A DNA stretch of 32,000 bases, taken from Halogeometricum borinquense DSM 11551 (GTDB lineage Archaea; Halobacteriota; Halobacteria; Halobacteriales; Haloferacaceae). Shown here one piece after another: positions 8,499 through 17,650 of the stretch. The position numbers were made by a program, and so were the translations under genes. The notes beneath the pieces are model-generated. The model had not been told where the DNA came from. It saw only the letters and a program-made list of their open reading frames with translations, and ran no database searches. Location: the NCBI RefSeq assembly GCF_000172995.2, contig NC_014729.1, forward strand, positions 2,520,001 through 2,552,000, read 5' to 3'. Position 1 is the first letter of the stretch, and every line of letters starts with the position of its first letter.

Positions 8499-10556
8499 AT
8501 GCAACTACGCGACGCGTTGAAGGACTACAAACGCAACCGAGCGCATCGGACGCGTTTTCCCGGCGAACGTCGGACGACAGCCGGACGCTTCTCAGGTCGT
8601 GACGGGCGGTTGGTCCACGTGGACGAGAGCGGGCAGATACGAGACTTCAGTTATCCGCTCGTCGGCCTAACGGGTATCGTCCGCTCTCGATTCGGTGTCC
8701 GGCCGTGCGACGAGGAGAATGACAACGAGGGAGAGATTGATGGGGAGACAGCGTGGTTCGAAGCTTCGGCGGCGACACAGCGGTACGAGACGGATACGAC
8801 GCTCATCGTCACCGAACACGAGACACCCTACGGACCGGTGACGCAGTACGACTGCACCGTTGGGGAGACACACGTTACCCACTTCGATGCGTCCGAAGCT
8901 GACGAGAATCTTGCCGTGGTCGCCTGCATCGGGTTCGCACCCGGCGGCCGGGACACGCAGATCGCACAGCTCCGTCACGGCGACGCAGTCGAAGTCTACC
9001 ACGCCGAAGAGACAGATTACGTGGCGAGTGCGACAGGATTCGAAGAACTCCGCGGCGAGGCGTTCGGCACGTTCGAGTCGTTCGTCGACGACGAACCGAC
9101 GACGTATCCGCGCCCGGTCACCGACGACCGGTACGAGGAAGGCCATCTCAGCGGCGATGTCGTCGGCGTCGTCCCCACGACGGACGGCACAGCAACCGTC
9201 GCCACGTATCTGACCTCCCGTTCCGAGCACACCCGCGAGGACGCACTCGACGTGGTACGCTCGGCCGCCGCCGACTACGACGCCGAGAAACTAGCGCGAG
9301 TCGCCGCCGACACCACCAATACCGTCGCGGACGCCCCGTACGGCGACGCAGTCGCTACTGACTTGCACGTCCTCTCGCTTCTCTCGGGTCGGCGCGGCCT
9401 CCGGATCGCTGGTCCCGATTTCGACCCCTACTACGCCTACTCCGGTGGGTACGGCTATACGTGGTTCCGCGACGACGCTGAGATTTCGCGGTTCCTCTTC
9501 GAGAGTGACCGATATCTCGACTTGGCGCTGGACGACTGGCACGACCGAAGCGCGCGGGCGTACCGAGAAACGCAACTTGACGACGGATCGTGGCCCCACC
9601 GTGTCTGGCCGTTCAGCGGCGAGCTCGCGCCGGGATGGGCGAACGGGCGTCTCGAATCCGGGTCCGATGTGGATTATCAGGCCGACCAGACGGGGAGTGT
9701 CGTCGCCTACTTGGCGAGGTACCTCAACGACACAGGCGACGACCGCGTCATCGAGACACTCGAACGCGCACTCGCCGGACTGAACGACACGCTCGCCTCG
9801 GACGGCCGCCCGATTACCTGCCAGAACGCGTGGGAGAACATGTCAGGTCGGTTCACTCACACGGCGGCGACGTTCTTGGAGGGGTATGCTGCACTCGCCG
9901 CCACTGACAGCGACCTCGCCGCCGAGGCGAAGGCACGCGCCGACGAGGTGTACGAGGCTATCGACGACTTCTGGGCCCCGTCGCGCGGCATCTACGCTCT
10001 CCGCGAGTACGCCGACGACCACGAAGAGTCAGGGCTGGACGACCGCTGTGACTCTGCGACGCTCGCACTCGTTGACGCTCACCGGACGTACGCGGAGGTG
10101 GGAGAGATTGACGTCGAACGGATCGAGAGACTCGTCTCGCACGTCGAGACCGTTATCGACGAACTGTATCACGACCCTGCCGAGAGTTCGGTCGAGGGAT
10201 TGATCCGCTACGAGGGAGACGACTGGCGGATGCGCGAACAGGACCACGAGAAGATCTGGACCGTTTCGACGGCGTGGGGCGCACACGCCGCCGCAAGTCT
10301 GAGTGCGTTGTTGGCCGACAGCGACGACGCGCGGAACGAGGCGTTTGCGGAGACGGCACGAGACCTGTTGGCTCTCGTCCTGCCCGATGGACCCCTCACC
10401 ACCGAGGGCGGCTACCTCCCAGAGCAAGTGTTCGACGACGGGACACCAGATAGCGCGACACCGCTCGGATGGCCCCACGCGCTTCGACTGGCAACGGTGG
10501 CACTGATGGACGAGTACGGACTCTTCGAAGAACGCTCGGTCGTCGCGGACGACTGA
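8499..10556 (+). CDS. GH15 glucoamylase / glucan 1,4-alpha-glucosidase-family enzyme, cytoplasmic
   Basis: The N-terminal beta-domain opening (MQLRDALKDYKRNR...RFPGERRTTAGRFSG) is typical of archaeal and bacterial GH15 enzymes. The catalytic (alpha/alpha)6 domain shows YGYTWFRDDAEISRFL and CQNAWENMSG. There is no signal peptide. Confidence 0.85.
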   Translation: MQLRDALKDYKRNRAHRTRFPGERRTTAGRFSGRDGRLVHVDESGQIRDFSYPLVGLTGIVRSRFGVRPCDEENDNEGEIDGETAWFEASAATQRYETDTTLIVTEHETPYGPVTQYDCTVGETHVTHFDASEADENLAVVACIGFAPGGRDTQIAQLRHGDAVEVYHAEETDYVASATGFEELRGEAFGTFESFVDDEPTTYPRPVTDDRYEEGHLSGDVVGVVPTTDGTATVATYLTSRSEHTREDALDVVRSAAADYDAEKLARVAADTTNTVADAPYGDAVATDLHVLSLLSGRRGLRIAGPDFDPYYAYSGGYGYTWFRDDAEISRFLFESDRYLDLALDDWHDRSARAYRETQLDDGSWPHRVWPFSGELAPGWANGRLESGSDVDYQADQTGSVVAYLARYLNDTGDDRVIETLERALAGLNDTLASDGRPITCQNAWENMSGRFTHTAATFLEGYAALAATDSDLAAEAKARADEVYEAIDDFWAPSRGIYALREYADDHEESGLDDRCDSATLALVDAHRTYAEVGEIDVERIERLVSHVETVIDELYHDPAESSVEGLIRYEGDDWRMREQDHEKIWTVSTAWGAHAAASLSALLADSDDARNEAFAETARDLLALVLPDGPLTTEGGYLPEQVFDDGTPDSATPLGWPHALRLATVALMDEYGLFEERSVVADD

Positions 10557-10577
10557 GACAAGGACTGAAGTGCGGAG

Positions 10578-11702
10578 TTACCGCGCCGGAACTTCTCTGT
10601 GTTCTGCGCCGGACAACAACGCGTCGCCGCCGGTCGCGTCGAACAAGTGAACGGCCGACTGGTCGAACGTGATCTCGATCGTGTCGCCGACAGTCGGTTC
10701 CACGTCGGAGTCAACACGAGCGATGAAGTCCGTGCCGACATCGAGATGGAGATAGTTATCGGAGCCAATGGGTTCGACCACGTCTACCGTCGTCGGAATC
10801 CCTGCACCGCCGGTGACGACAGTTACGTCCTCGGGGCGGACACCGAGTCGGGCCGTCTTCGACCCCGATTCCGAGACGCGCTGGGCGACGTCACCCGTAA
10901 GCGAGTAGTCGAAGCCATCATCGTTCGCGAGCGTCACCGATCCGCCGCTGCCGGTCACTTCCACGTCAACGAAGTTCATCGAGGGCGATCCGACGAACCC
11001 ACCGACGAACTTGTTGGTCGGGTTCTCGTACACGTCCTTCGGCTTGCCCACCTGTTGGAGAATACCGTCTTTCAGAATAGCGAGTCTGTCGCCCATCGTC
11101 ATCGCCTCCTCCTGATCGTGTGTCACGTAGATAGACGTGATTCCTAGTTCGTTCTGGATACGCTGAATCTCTGTCCGCATCGTCGTCCGGAGCTTGGCGT
11201 CGAGGTTCGACAGCGGTTCGTCGAACAGGAACACGTCGGGTTCGCGCACGATGGCACGCCCGAGGGCGACGCGCTGCTTCTGTCCGCCGGAGAGTTCGTT
11301 CGGCTTGTCGTCCAGCAGATCTTCGATATCCATCATCTCCGCCGTCTCTTCGACGCGGCGGTTTCGTTCGGCCTTCGAGAGATCCGTACTCATTCGCAGA
11401 CCGAACGCCATGTTCTGCCGCACAGTCTTGTGCGGGTACAGCGCGTAGTTCTGGAACACCATCGCCACATCGCGCTTTCGCGCGTGAACGTCTGTCACGT
11501 CCTCGCCGCCGATACGAATCGACCCGCCGGTTGGAGACTCCAATCCAGCAATCATCCGTAACGTGGTGGACTTTCCGCACCCCGACGGGCCGACCACGGT
11601 GACGAACTCCCCGTCTTCCACCTCGAAGGAAACGTCGTCCACCGCGACGATACGGCCGTTATCGAACTCCTTTCTGAGATTATCGAGCGTTACAGTTGCC
11701 AT
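10578..11702 (-). CDS. sugar ABC transporter ATP-binding protein (MalK/UgpC-like)
   Basis: All ATPase motifs are present: Walker A GPSGCGKST, Q-loop, signature LSGGQKQRVALGRA, Walker B VFLFDEPLSNLD and H-loop YVTHDQ. A C-terminal MalK-type regulatory domain follows. I trimmed the start to the ATG at 11702-11700 (MATVTLDNLRKEF), which has a TATA-like element 27 nt upstream. Confidence 0.92.
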   Translation of the reverse strand: MATVTLDNLRKEFDNGRIVAVDDVSFEVEDGEFVTVVGPSGCGKSTTLRMIAGLESPTGGSIRIGGEDVTDVHARKRDVAMVFQNYALYPHKTVRQNMAFGLRMSTDLSKAERNRRVEETAEMMDIEDLLDDKPNELSGGQKQRVALGRAIVREPDVFLFDEPLSNLDAKLRTTMRTEIQRIQNELGITSIYVTHDQEEAMTMGDRLAILKDGILQQVGKPKDVYENPTNKFVGGFVGSPSMNFVDVEVTGSGGSVTLANDDGFDYSLTGDVAQRVSESGSKTARLGVRPEDVTVVTGGAGIPTTVDVVEPIGSDNYLHLDVGTDFIARVDSDVEPTVGDTIEITFDQSAVHLFDATGGDALLSGAEHREVPAR

Positions 11703-11725
11703 TTGACCGATGCTTGTGACGGCGC

Positions 11726-11734
11726 GATATAGTT
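11726..11734 (-). promoter_or_regulatory. TATA-box-like element (AACTATATC on the minus strand) for the ABC ATPase gene
   Basis: Centred ~27 nt upstream of the ATG at 11702, in the 228-nt divergent spacer shared with the binding-protein operon. Confidence 0.4.
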
Positions 11735-11930
11735 CTTGCCCTCTCAATAGAATTTGTGAGGTACCATTTCGTAGTAGTTTTGAACCAGGTGTTGGCGACA
11801 CAGTATGATCTGACGAGCGGCGCTCTACCCCGACTGTTGAACCGCCGCAGAGCGGTCGCTATTGGATGAAAAATCGTGCGCTATCCGAATGATTTAAGTC
11901 GTGAACTACTAATTCATCCCATATTCATCC

Positions 11931-13217
11931 ATGACAATGGACCGCAGATCGGTGCTGAAGCACCTCGGTGGCGTTGGCGTCATCGGCGCGCTCGCAGGCT
12001 GTGTCGGCGTACAAAAGCAGAACGAGCAATCGACACAATCGGATTCGGGGGCGACCGAAGGCGGCAACTCGAAGGCAACCGAGATGGAGTCGTCCGGTCC
12101 AGCAGGTACCGCAAAGGCCTGGTACCAGCTTTCAGACACGGAGGTCCCACTCCGTGAAGAGGCACTTCAAACGTTCAACGACCAGACGAAGCACACGCTC
12201 GACGGATCAGACATCTCAAATCTAAAGAAGAAGACCACCTCGGCGATTCCGGCCGGTCAAGGTCCGACGACGTTCGAGTGGGCGCACGATTGGGGCGGAG
12301 ATTACTACCAGCGTAACTTCGTCGTGGACAAGAGCGACGCGCTCTCTGTGAGTCTCGACACCTTCACCGACGGGGCGACCGAGGCGATACAGTTCGACGG
12401 CGCGACAATCGGCCTCCCACACTCCGCGGAGACGGTGGCGCTGATCTACAACACCGAGATGGTCGATTCCGCACCCGAGACGGTGTCGGAAATGAAGTCG
12501 GTGATGGAGGAGTATCACGACCCCGAAAGCGGGATGTATGGGCTTAGCTGCCCGTTCGACGGCTACTTCGTCAGCGCGTGGGCACAAGCGTTCGGCGGTT
12601 ACTACTTCGACCACGAGAAAGAGACGCAACTCGGCATCAACATCGATGCGACGGTCAAAGGCTTCCAGTTCGCTCTCGACAATCTCGTTCCATACATGCC
12701 GAACGACCCGACGTACGGCCCGCAGGCCGCCGCGTTCGCGGAAGGGAACGCACCGCTCGCCATCAACGGCCCATGGTATCTCAGCACGCTCAACGAGAAG
12801 GGAATCGACTACGGCGTCAGTAAACTTCCCGCGCCCGAAGGCGGCAAGCCGACCCCGTACACGGGGATCACGATGTGGTACTTCTCGAAGGCGATGGAAG
12901 CGGACAACGCATCGACACAAGCGGCGCTCGACTTCATCGAGTGGTACACGACGAACGAGGACATCCTCCTTCGCAACGCCAAAGAGCAGGGAGCGGTGCC
13001 CGTCCTCGAACGCATCGCCACGAGCGACGAACTGCCGGACGCCGTTCAGGGGTTCTCACAGGCTGTCCAGCAAGGCGTTCCGATGCCCGCGCACCCGAAG
13101 ATGAACGCGGTCTGGACACCCGTCAAAGACGCCCTGACGAAGGCGTTCAACGGCGACGCGGACGTGGCGACGGCGATGGACGAGGCGGCAAAGACGGTCC
13201 GTAGCAACTGGGAGTGA
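11931..13217 (+). CDS. sugar (maltose/maltodextrin-type) ABC transporter substrate-binding lipoprotein, Tat-type signal
   Basis: The N-terminus MTMDRRSVLKHLGGVGVIGALAGCVG has a twin-arginine-like motif and a lipobox. A S/T/E-rich linker follows, then a MalE-like family-1 solute-binding fold (AKAWYQ..., LPHSAETVALIYN, LAINGPWY). Confidence 0.88.
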   Translation: MTMDRRSVLKHLGGVGVIGALAGCVGVQKQNEQSTQSDSGATEGGNSKATEMESSGPAGTAKAWYQLSDTEVPLREEALQTFNDQTKHTLDGSDISNLKKKTTSAIPAGQGPTTFEWAHDWGGDYYQRNFVVDKSDALSVSLDTFTDGATEAIQFDGATIGLPHSAETVALIYNTEMVDSAPETVSEMKSVMEEYHDPESGMYGLSCPFDGYFVSAWAQAFGGYYFDHEKETQLGINIDATVKGFQFALDNLVPYMPNDPTYGPQAAAFAEGNAPLAINGPWYLSTLNEKGIDYGVSKLPAPEGGKPTPYTGITMWYFSKAMEADNASTQAALDFIEWYTTNEDILLRNAKEQGAVPVLERIATSDELPDAVQGFSQAVQQGVPMPAHPKMNAVWTPVKDALTKAFNGDADVATAMDEAAKTVRSNWE

Positions 13218-13224
13218 CCACGTT

Positions 13225-14190
13225 ATGAGCACCGCCTCCCGCGTCGCTACCCGGATAGCAGATGTGCCGTTTCTCGACAAAGAGGACACGTCCCTACTGC
13301 TCGTCTTGCCGGGGCTGTTCGTCTTCTCGGCGTTTATGCTGTTTCCGGTGCTGTACCTCGTCGGAATCTCGTTTACGAACGCGCGTCCTGCAAATCTGTT
13401 CGCCGGAGAGACCGCGCTCGACGTGCTGACGTTCGGACAGGCCGAGTTCGTCGGCCTGCAGAACTACGTCTCGGCGCTTACCGATCCGGCCTTTTGGAAC
13501 TCTTTCGGCGTAACGTGGCTGTTCGTCGGCACGAGCGTCACCGCGAAAATCGCGTTCAGCGTCGGTATCGCCCTCGTGGTCACGAGCGACCGCGTCCGCG
13601 GCAAGCGGTTCCTGCGTTCGCTCATCATCATCCCGATGGGGCTTCCGGCCATCTTCGTCGTCACCGTCTGGCGCGGTATCTTCAGTACCGCAGAGTTCGG
13701 GTTGGCGAATCAGATCCTCAGAGAAATCGGCTTCGAGTCGGTCGCGTGGCTATCACAGCGGTGGACGGCGTTTCTCGCCTACAACGTCACGGAAGTCTGG
13801 CTGGCGTATCCGTTCATGGTACTCATCACTGTGAGCGCACTCCAAGACGTTCCCGAAGAACTCCACGAAGCCGCGATGGTGGACGGTGCAGGCTACGTTT
13901 CGCGCTTTCTGCACGTTACGCTCCCCGCAATTAAGCGGCCGGTGATGTTCGCGTCGATTCTGACCGCCGCGGCGTCTTTTCAAGCGTTTCTCATCCCGTA
14001 CGTCTTCAATCAAGGCGGGCCCGCACGAGCGAACGAACTCATCGTCGTCTACGGCTACCGCGAGGCGTTCACGTTCTCGCAGTACGGTGAGGGTGCGGCA
14101 ATCAGCCTCCTCGCCGTTGCCTTTATCGGCGCGTTCATGTGGTTGAACGTGAAGAAAGGCCGACTCGCAGACGGGGTGAGCGAGTCGTGA
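13225..14190 (+). CDS. sugar ABC transporter permease (MalF-like)
   Basis: Multi-pass membrane protein with the EAA loop EAAMVDGAGYVSRFLHVTLPAIKRP. It starts 8 nt after the binding-protein stop codon. Confidence 0.9.
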   Translation: MSTASRVATRIADVPFLDKEDTSLLLVLPGLFVFSAFMLFPVLYLVGISFTNARPANLFAGETALDVLTFGQAEFVGLQNYVSALTDPAFWNSFGVTWLFVGTSVTAKIAFSVGIALVVTSDRVRGKRFLRSLIIIPMGLPAIFVVTVWRGIFSTAEFGLANQILREIGFESVAWLSQRWTAFLAYNVTEVWLAYPFMVLITVSALQDVPEELHEAAMVDGAGYVSRFLHVTLPAIKRPVMFASILTAAASFQAFLIPYVFNQGGPARANELIVVYGYREAFTFSQYGEGAAISLLAVAFIGAFMWLNVKKGRLADGVSES

Positions 14191-15269
14191 GCCTCATTCG
14201 CGGTGTCATCGACAAAATCGCAGACGATGTAACGAGCGCCGTCTACACGCCCATCGAAATCGGACGCGACACAGCGTACACTGCACACAGCATCGCTCGC
14301 GGCGAAACCTCGCCTGTAGAGCCACTGAAAACCCTCGGTGCGACGATGGGCGCACTCGTCGTTGTGGCGTTGCTCCTCTTTCCCGTCTACTGGATACTCA
14401 TGTCCGCACTGTCGGGGTCCGGCGGGTCCATCTACTCGACGAACGGCCTGTCGCTGCTTCCGCAGAATCCGTCGTTGAAGCCGTTCCTGTGGGTCATCGG
14501 CGACCTCATCGTCCCGGGATACACCATCTCTGTGAACCTCCCGTTCACGGACCTCGCAGTGGTGTTCAACACGCCCGAACTGGTGTTTCTCGACGTTTCG
14601 AACTACGGTATCGACCGGCCGTCGAACTTCAAGCAGTTCTTCTGGAACAGCCTCACGGTATCGATACCGACCGTCATCATCGCCATGTGTCTCATCATTC
14701 CGGCGTCGTACGCGCTCTCGCGCCGTAAGTTCATCTTCCGGCGCAAGATTCTGTTCACCTACGTGCTGTTGACGCAGGTGGGCGGCGGCCTCGGAATCGC
14801 GCTTCTCATCGGCCTGTATACGGTGTACGTGCAGGTTGGACTGAACAACAGTAAACTCGCACTCGCCGTCTACTACGCGGCGACGGCGGTACCGTTCAAC
14901 ACGTGGCTACTGAAGACGTACATGGACGGCATTCCAGTCTCCTACGAGGAGGCGGCCGTGGTAGACGGTGCACCGCCGTGGCGCGTCGTCACCGAAGTTA
15001 TTCTACCGCTCTCGGCCGCCGGACTGGCGACGGTGTTCATCTTCACCTTCCTCACGGGCTGGACGGAGTTCGTCGTCGCACAGACCCTACTGGGGACGGA
15101 AAACTACACGCTCCCGGTCGGTCTGTACTCGCTCGTCGATGAGTACTCGATCCCGTGGGCGCGGTTCTCGGCGTTCGCACTCGTGTTCGCCTCACCGCTC
15201 ATGCTGGTGTACTTCTTCGCGCAGCGGTACATCGAAGGCGGCCTGTCGTTCAGCGGGATGGAAGGCTGA
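14187..15269 (+). CDS. sugar ABC transporter permease (MalG-like)
   Basis: EAA loop EAAVVDGAPPWRVVTEVILPLSAAG. The preferred start is the GTG at 14187, which overlaps the upstream TGA (GTGA, 14187-14190). The track's ATG at 14139 would overlap the upstream gene by 52 nt. Confidence 0.85.
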   Translation: MSLIRGVIDKIADDVTSAVYTPIEIGRDTAYTAHSIARGETSPVEPLKTLGATMGALVVVALLLFPVYWILMSALSGSGGSIYSTNGLSLLPQNPSLKPFLWVIGDLIVPGYTISVNLPFTDLAVVFNTPELVFLDVSNYGIDRPSNFKQFFWNSLTVSIPTVIIAMCLIIPASYALSRRKFIFRRKILFTYVLLTQVGGGLGIALLIGLYTVYVQVGLNNSKLALAVYYAATAVPFNTWLLKTYMDGIPVSYEEAAVVDGAPPWRVVTEVILPLSAAGLATVFIFTFLTGWTEFVVAQTLLGTENYTLPVGLYSLVDEYSIPWARFSAFALVFASPLMLVYFFAQRYIEGGLSFSGMEG

Positions 15270-15335
15270 CAAGGATATTCCGTTATGTCCTTCGCGTGCG
15301 CGCGAACGGCGAGCGACGATTGTTGCAGGCCTATC

Positions 15336-15344
15336 GATATATAT
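15336..15344 (+). promoter_or_regulatory. TATA-like GATATATAT upstream of the cupin gene
   Basis: This is the only strongly A/T-rich element in the 116-nt spacer. It lies ~32 nt upstream of the ATG at 15372 and ~45 nt upstream of the GTG at 15386. Confidence 0.3.
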
Positions 15345-15385
15345 CAGCCGAGAACCCATCAGTGAAACGAAATGGTGGGAGAGCT

Positions 15386-15883
15386 GTGAGCGAAGAACCG
15401 ACGGCTGAGCCGTTCGTCAAGGCGGTAGACGAGGGAGATACGTACCATGCACTCGGCGGACTGGCGTTACTGAAGGCGACCGCGGACGAGACCGACGGAT
15501 CGTTCAACCTAGTCGAACGGCGGGGAGACGAAAATCGGGTCGTGACGCCGCTGCACGTTCACCGTTCGGACGACGAACTCTGGTACGTTCTCGACGGTGA
15601 AATGGAACTGTTCATCGATGGCGAACTGTTATCGGCGGAACCGGGCGATACGGCTTTTGCCCCACAGAACGTCCCGCACGCACTCCGAATCGCCGCCGAC
15701 GGGACCAGATACCTCGTCTTACGGACGCCGGGAAACAAATCGTTGTTCGGCGCAGTCGGGACGAGCGTAGACGAAGTGACGGTTCCGACCGACGGTCCCG
15801 ACGACGCCGAACGTGACCGCCTCGATACGTTCGTAGAGAACTCCGACGTGGAGATACTCGGCCCGCCGCCGTTCGACCTGTAG
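15386..15883 (+). CDS. cupin-domain protein (about 165 aa)
   Basis: Two cupin motifs are present: PLHVHRSDDELWYVLDGEMELF and GDTAFAPQNVPHAL. No in-frame ATG precedes the domain. The in-frame GTG at 15386 (VSEEPTAEPF...) is the only plausible start, so the start coordinate is uncertain. Confidence 0.65.
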   Translation: MSEEPTAEPFVKAVDEGDTYHALGGLALLKATADETDGSFNLVERRGDENRVVTPLHVHRSDDELWYVLDGEMELFIDGELLSAEPGDTAFAPQNVPHALRIAADGTRYLVLRTPGNKSLFGAVGTSVDEVTVPTDGPDDAERDRLDTFVENSDVEILGPPPFDL

Positions 15884-16053
15884 GCTGGAACGCCGAGACA
15901 CGTGCCGGCAGATTCGAAGTCGTTAAAGGCGAACCGAGGGAAGAGTCGGTAACTCGCTGGCCGGACGGGACGCCAGCGGGCACCCGAGAACTCGGGACGA
16001 AATGTGGAGGGCGTCGAACGCGCTCCGAATCACAAGCGCCCGTGGTGAAACCA

Positions 16054-16644
16054 ATGGCACGAAGCTTCTACTCCCACATCAAAGACGCGTGGAAAAACCC
16101 CGGCGACGGGAAACTCGGCGAACTGCAGTGGCAGCGAAAACAGGACTGGCGCGACGAAGGCGCTATCGTCCGCATCGACCGTCCGACGCGCCTCGACAAG
16201 GCCCGTGAACTCGGCTACAAAGCCAAACAGGGCATCGTCGTGGCTCGCGTTTCCGTCCGTAAGGGTGGGGCGCGAAAACAGCGCTTCAAGGCCGGTCGCC
16301 GGACGAAGCGTCAGGGTGTCAACCGCATCGGTCGCCGCAAGAGCATCCAGCGCATCGCAGAGGAACGCGCCGCACGCAAGTACCCGAACCTGCGCGTGCT
16401 CAACTCCTACTGGGTCGGTGAGGACGGCTCCCAGAAGTGGCACGAGATCATCATGGTGGACCCCGAACACCCCGCCATCGAGAGCGACGATGACCTCAAC
16501 TGGATCTGCAGCGACGACCACAAGGGTCGCACCTTCCGTGGCCTGACGAACGCGGGCAAGTCCAACCGTGGACTAACCACTCGGGGCAAAGGCTCCGAGC
16601 ACACGCGCCCGAGCATCCGAGGCGACCGTCGCCGCGGCAAGTAA
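16054..16644 (+). CDS. rpl15e: 50S ribosomal protein L15e
   Basis: MARSFYSHIKDAWKNPGDG...GYKAKQGIVVARVSVRKGGARK...RIAEERAARKYPNLRVLNSYWVGEDG is unmistakable L15e. A GGTGA Shine-Dalgarno-like element (16044-16048) lies 5 nt upstream of the ATG. The track's GTG at 16042 is probably not the start. Confidence 0.95.
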   Translation: MARSFYSHIKDAWKNPGDGKLGELQWQRKQDWRDEGAIVRIDRPTRLDKARELGYKAKQGIVVARVSVRKGGARKQRFKAGRRTKRQGVNRIGRRKSIQRIAEERAARKYPNLRVLNSYWVGEDGSQKWHEIIMVDPEHPAIESDDDLNWICSDDHKGRTFRGLTNAGKSNRGLTTRGKGSEHTRPSIRGDRRRGK

Positions 16645-16662
16645 GCCGACAGAAACCCTCGA

Positions 16663-16671
16663 TTTTTCTTT
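16663..16671 (+). terminator. oligo-T tract (TTTTTCTTT), candidate archaeal terminator for rpl15e
   Basis: The T-run begins 19 nt after the TAA stop codon (16642-16644). Archaeal RNA polymerase terminates at oligo-T stretches. Confidence 0.45.
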
Positions 16672-16679
16672 CGACGCCG

Positions 16680-16749
16680 GACCGACGAGTGGCAACGGCG
16701 GACACGACTTGGCGACGATGGACCGACAAGTGGCGACGACGGACACAAC
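16680..16749. repeat. two copies of a 29-nt imperfect direct repeat (25/29 identical) at a 41-nt period
   Basis: Copy 1 is GACCGACGAGTGGCAACGGCGGACACGAC (16680-16708). Copy 2 is GACCGACAAGTGGCGACGACGGACACAAC (16721-16749). I aligned them base by base. They lie in the convergent spacer between rpl15e and the CPBP protease gene. Confidence 0.7.
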
Positions 16750-16777
16750 CCGACAGCGACCGTCAGCGCCCTGCGGG

Positions 16778-17590
16778 TCACAGCAGCAGGAATCCGAGCA
16801 CCGATAGCGAAAGGAAGGCAACGTGCGTCCCGGCGTGAGCGAGCATCGCCGCTTCGAGATGCCAGCGCCAGAAGAACCACCCGTAGACGATGCCGCCGAT
16901 GCTGTTCAAAAGCACCGTTCGAATCATCGTAGCGAAAGAGAGCGAGGCGAGTCCTGCAAGCGCCGGGAGGTGAACAATTCCGAATACGACGGACGTGAGG
17001 ACGATTGCGGGCCACATCACGTCAGAACCCGGCCGCCTAATACCGCCCGCGGCACGCCATCCAACCCACGCGAGAAACGACATCAGCCCCCACCGAAGCA
17101 AGAGTTCCTCAGTCAGTCCGCCGTAGAGAAACCGAACGGGCGCGGAACCGAGGATATCGACGACGGTCGGTGTCCCCGTCGCTGATGCCGGAACCGCACC
17201 GAGTGGTGAGAACGTCACGTCGAAGGCGGCGAGAACGAATCCGACGGCGATACCGGCGGCGAGTGCCCGAGGCCCCGACTGGCGAAGTTCGGGCGTGATC
17301 GGATCGCCACCGGCCACGCGTTCGGCGACGAGCGAACGTAAACCGACGCGAGACGCGGCAAATACCCCAACGAAGACGGCGATAGCGAGAAACACTGTCG
17401 GCATGAGAAGCGAGAGGATAAAAACCATAACCGGCGAGAGGTCGGGCGTGGGCGGAAGCAACCCCGTGGCAACGAGCGTAACGCCGAACGACGCGATACC
17501 GGCGAATCCGAGCGCAAAGAGCGCGCTGACTCGACGTGTGTACTGACGCCGTGTAGTGGATGTCGTCCCGGGAGCGCTGGCCCGCACCAT
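16778..17590 (-). CDS. CPBP-family (CAAX/Abi-type) intramembrane metalloprotease
   Basis: Polytopic membrane protein with the motifs EELLLRWG, FGIVHL and HAGTH. The preferred start is the ATG at 17590 (MVRASAPG...), which has a TATA-like element 27 nt upstream. The track ORF begins at a GTG at 17605. Confidence 0.8.
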   Translation of the reverse strand: MVRASAPGTTSTTRRQYTRRVSALFALGFAGIASFGVTLVATGLLPPTPDLSPVMVFILSLLMPTVFLAIAVFVGVFAASRVGLRSLVAERVAGGDPITPELRQSGPRALAAGIAVGFVLAAFDVTFSPLGAVPASATGTPTVVDILGSAPVRFLYGGLTEELLLRWGLMSFLAWVGWRAAGGIRRPGSDVMWPAIVLTSVVFGIVHLPALAGLASLSFATMIRTVLLNSIGGIVYGWFFWRWHLEAAMLAHAGTHVAFLSLSVLGFLLL

Positions 17591-17613
17591 CTGACAAGCA
17601 GTCACACGGGAGC

Positions 17614-17620
17614 GAAATAA
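17614..17620 (-). promoter_or_regulatory. TATA-box-like element (TTATTTC on the minus strand) for the CPBP protease gene
   Basis: Centred 27 nt upstream of the ATG at 17590, in the spacer after the rhodanese stop codon. Confidence 0.35.
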
Positions 17621-17650
17621 GCCCGGCGCTTAGAACGGGCCGCCGCAGGG

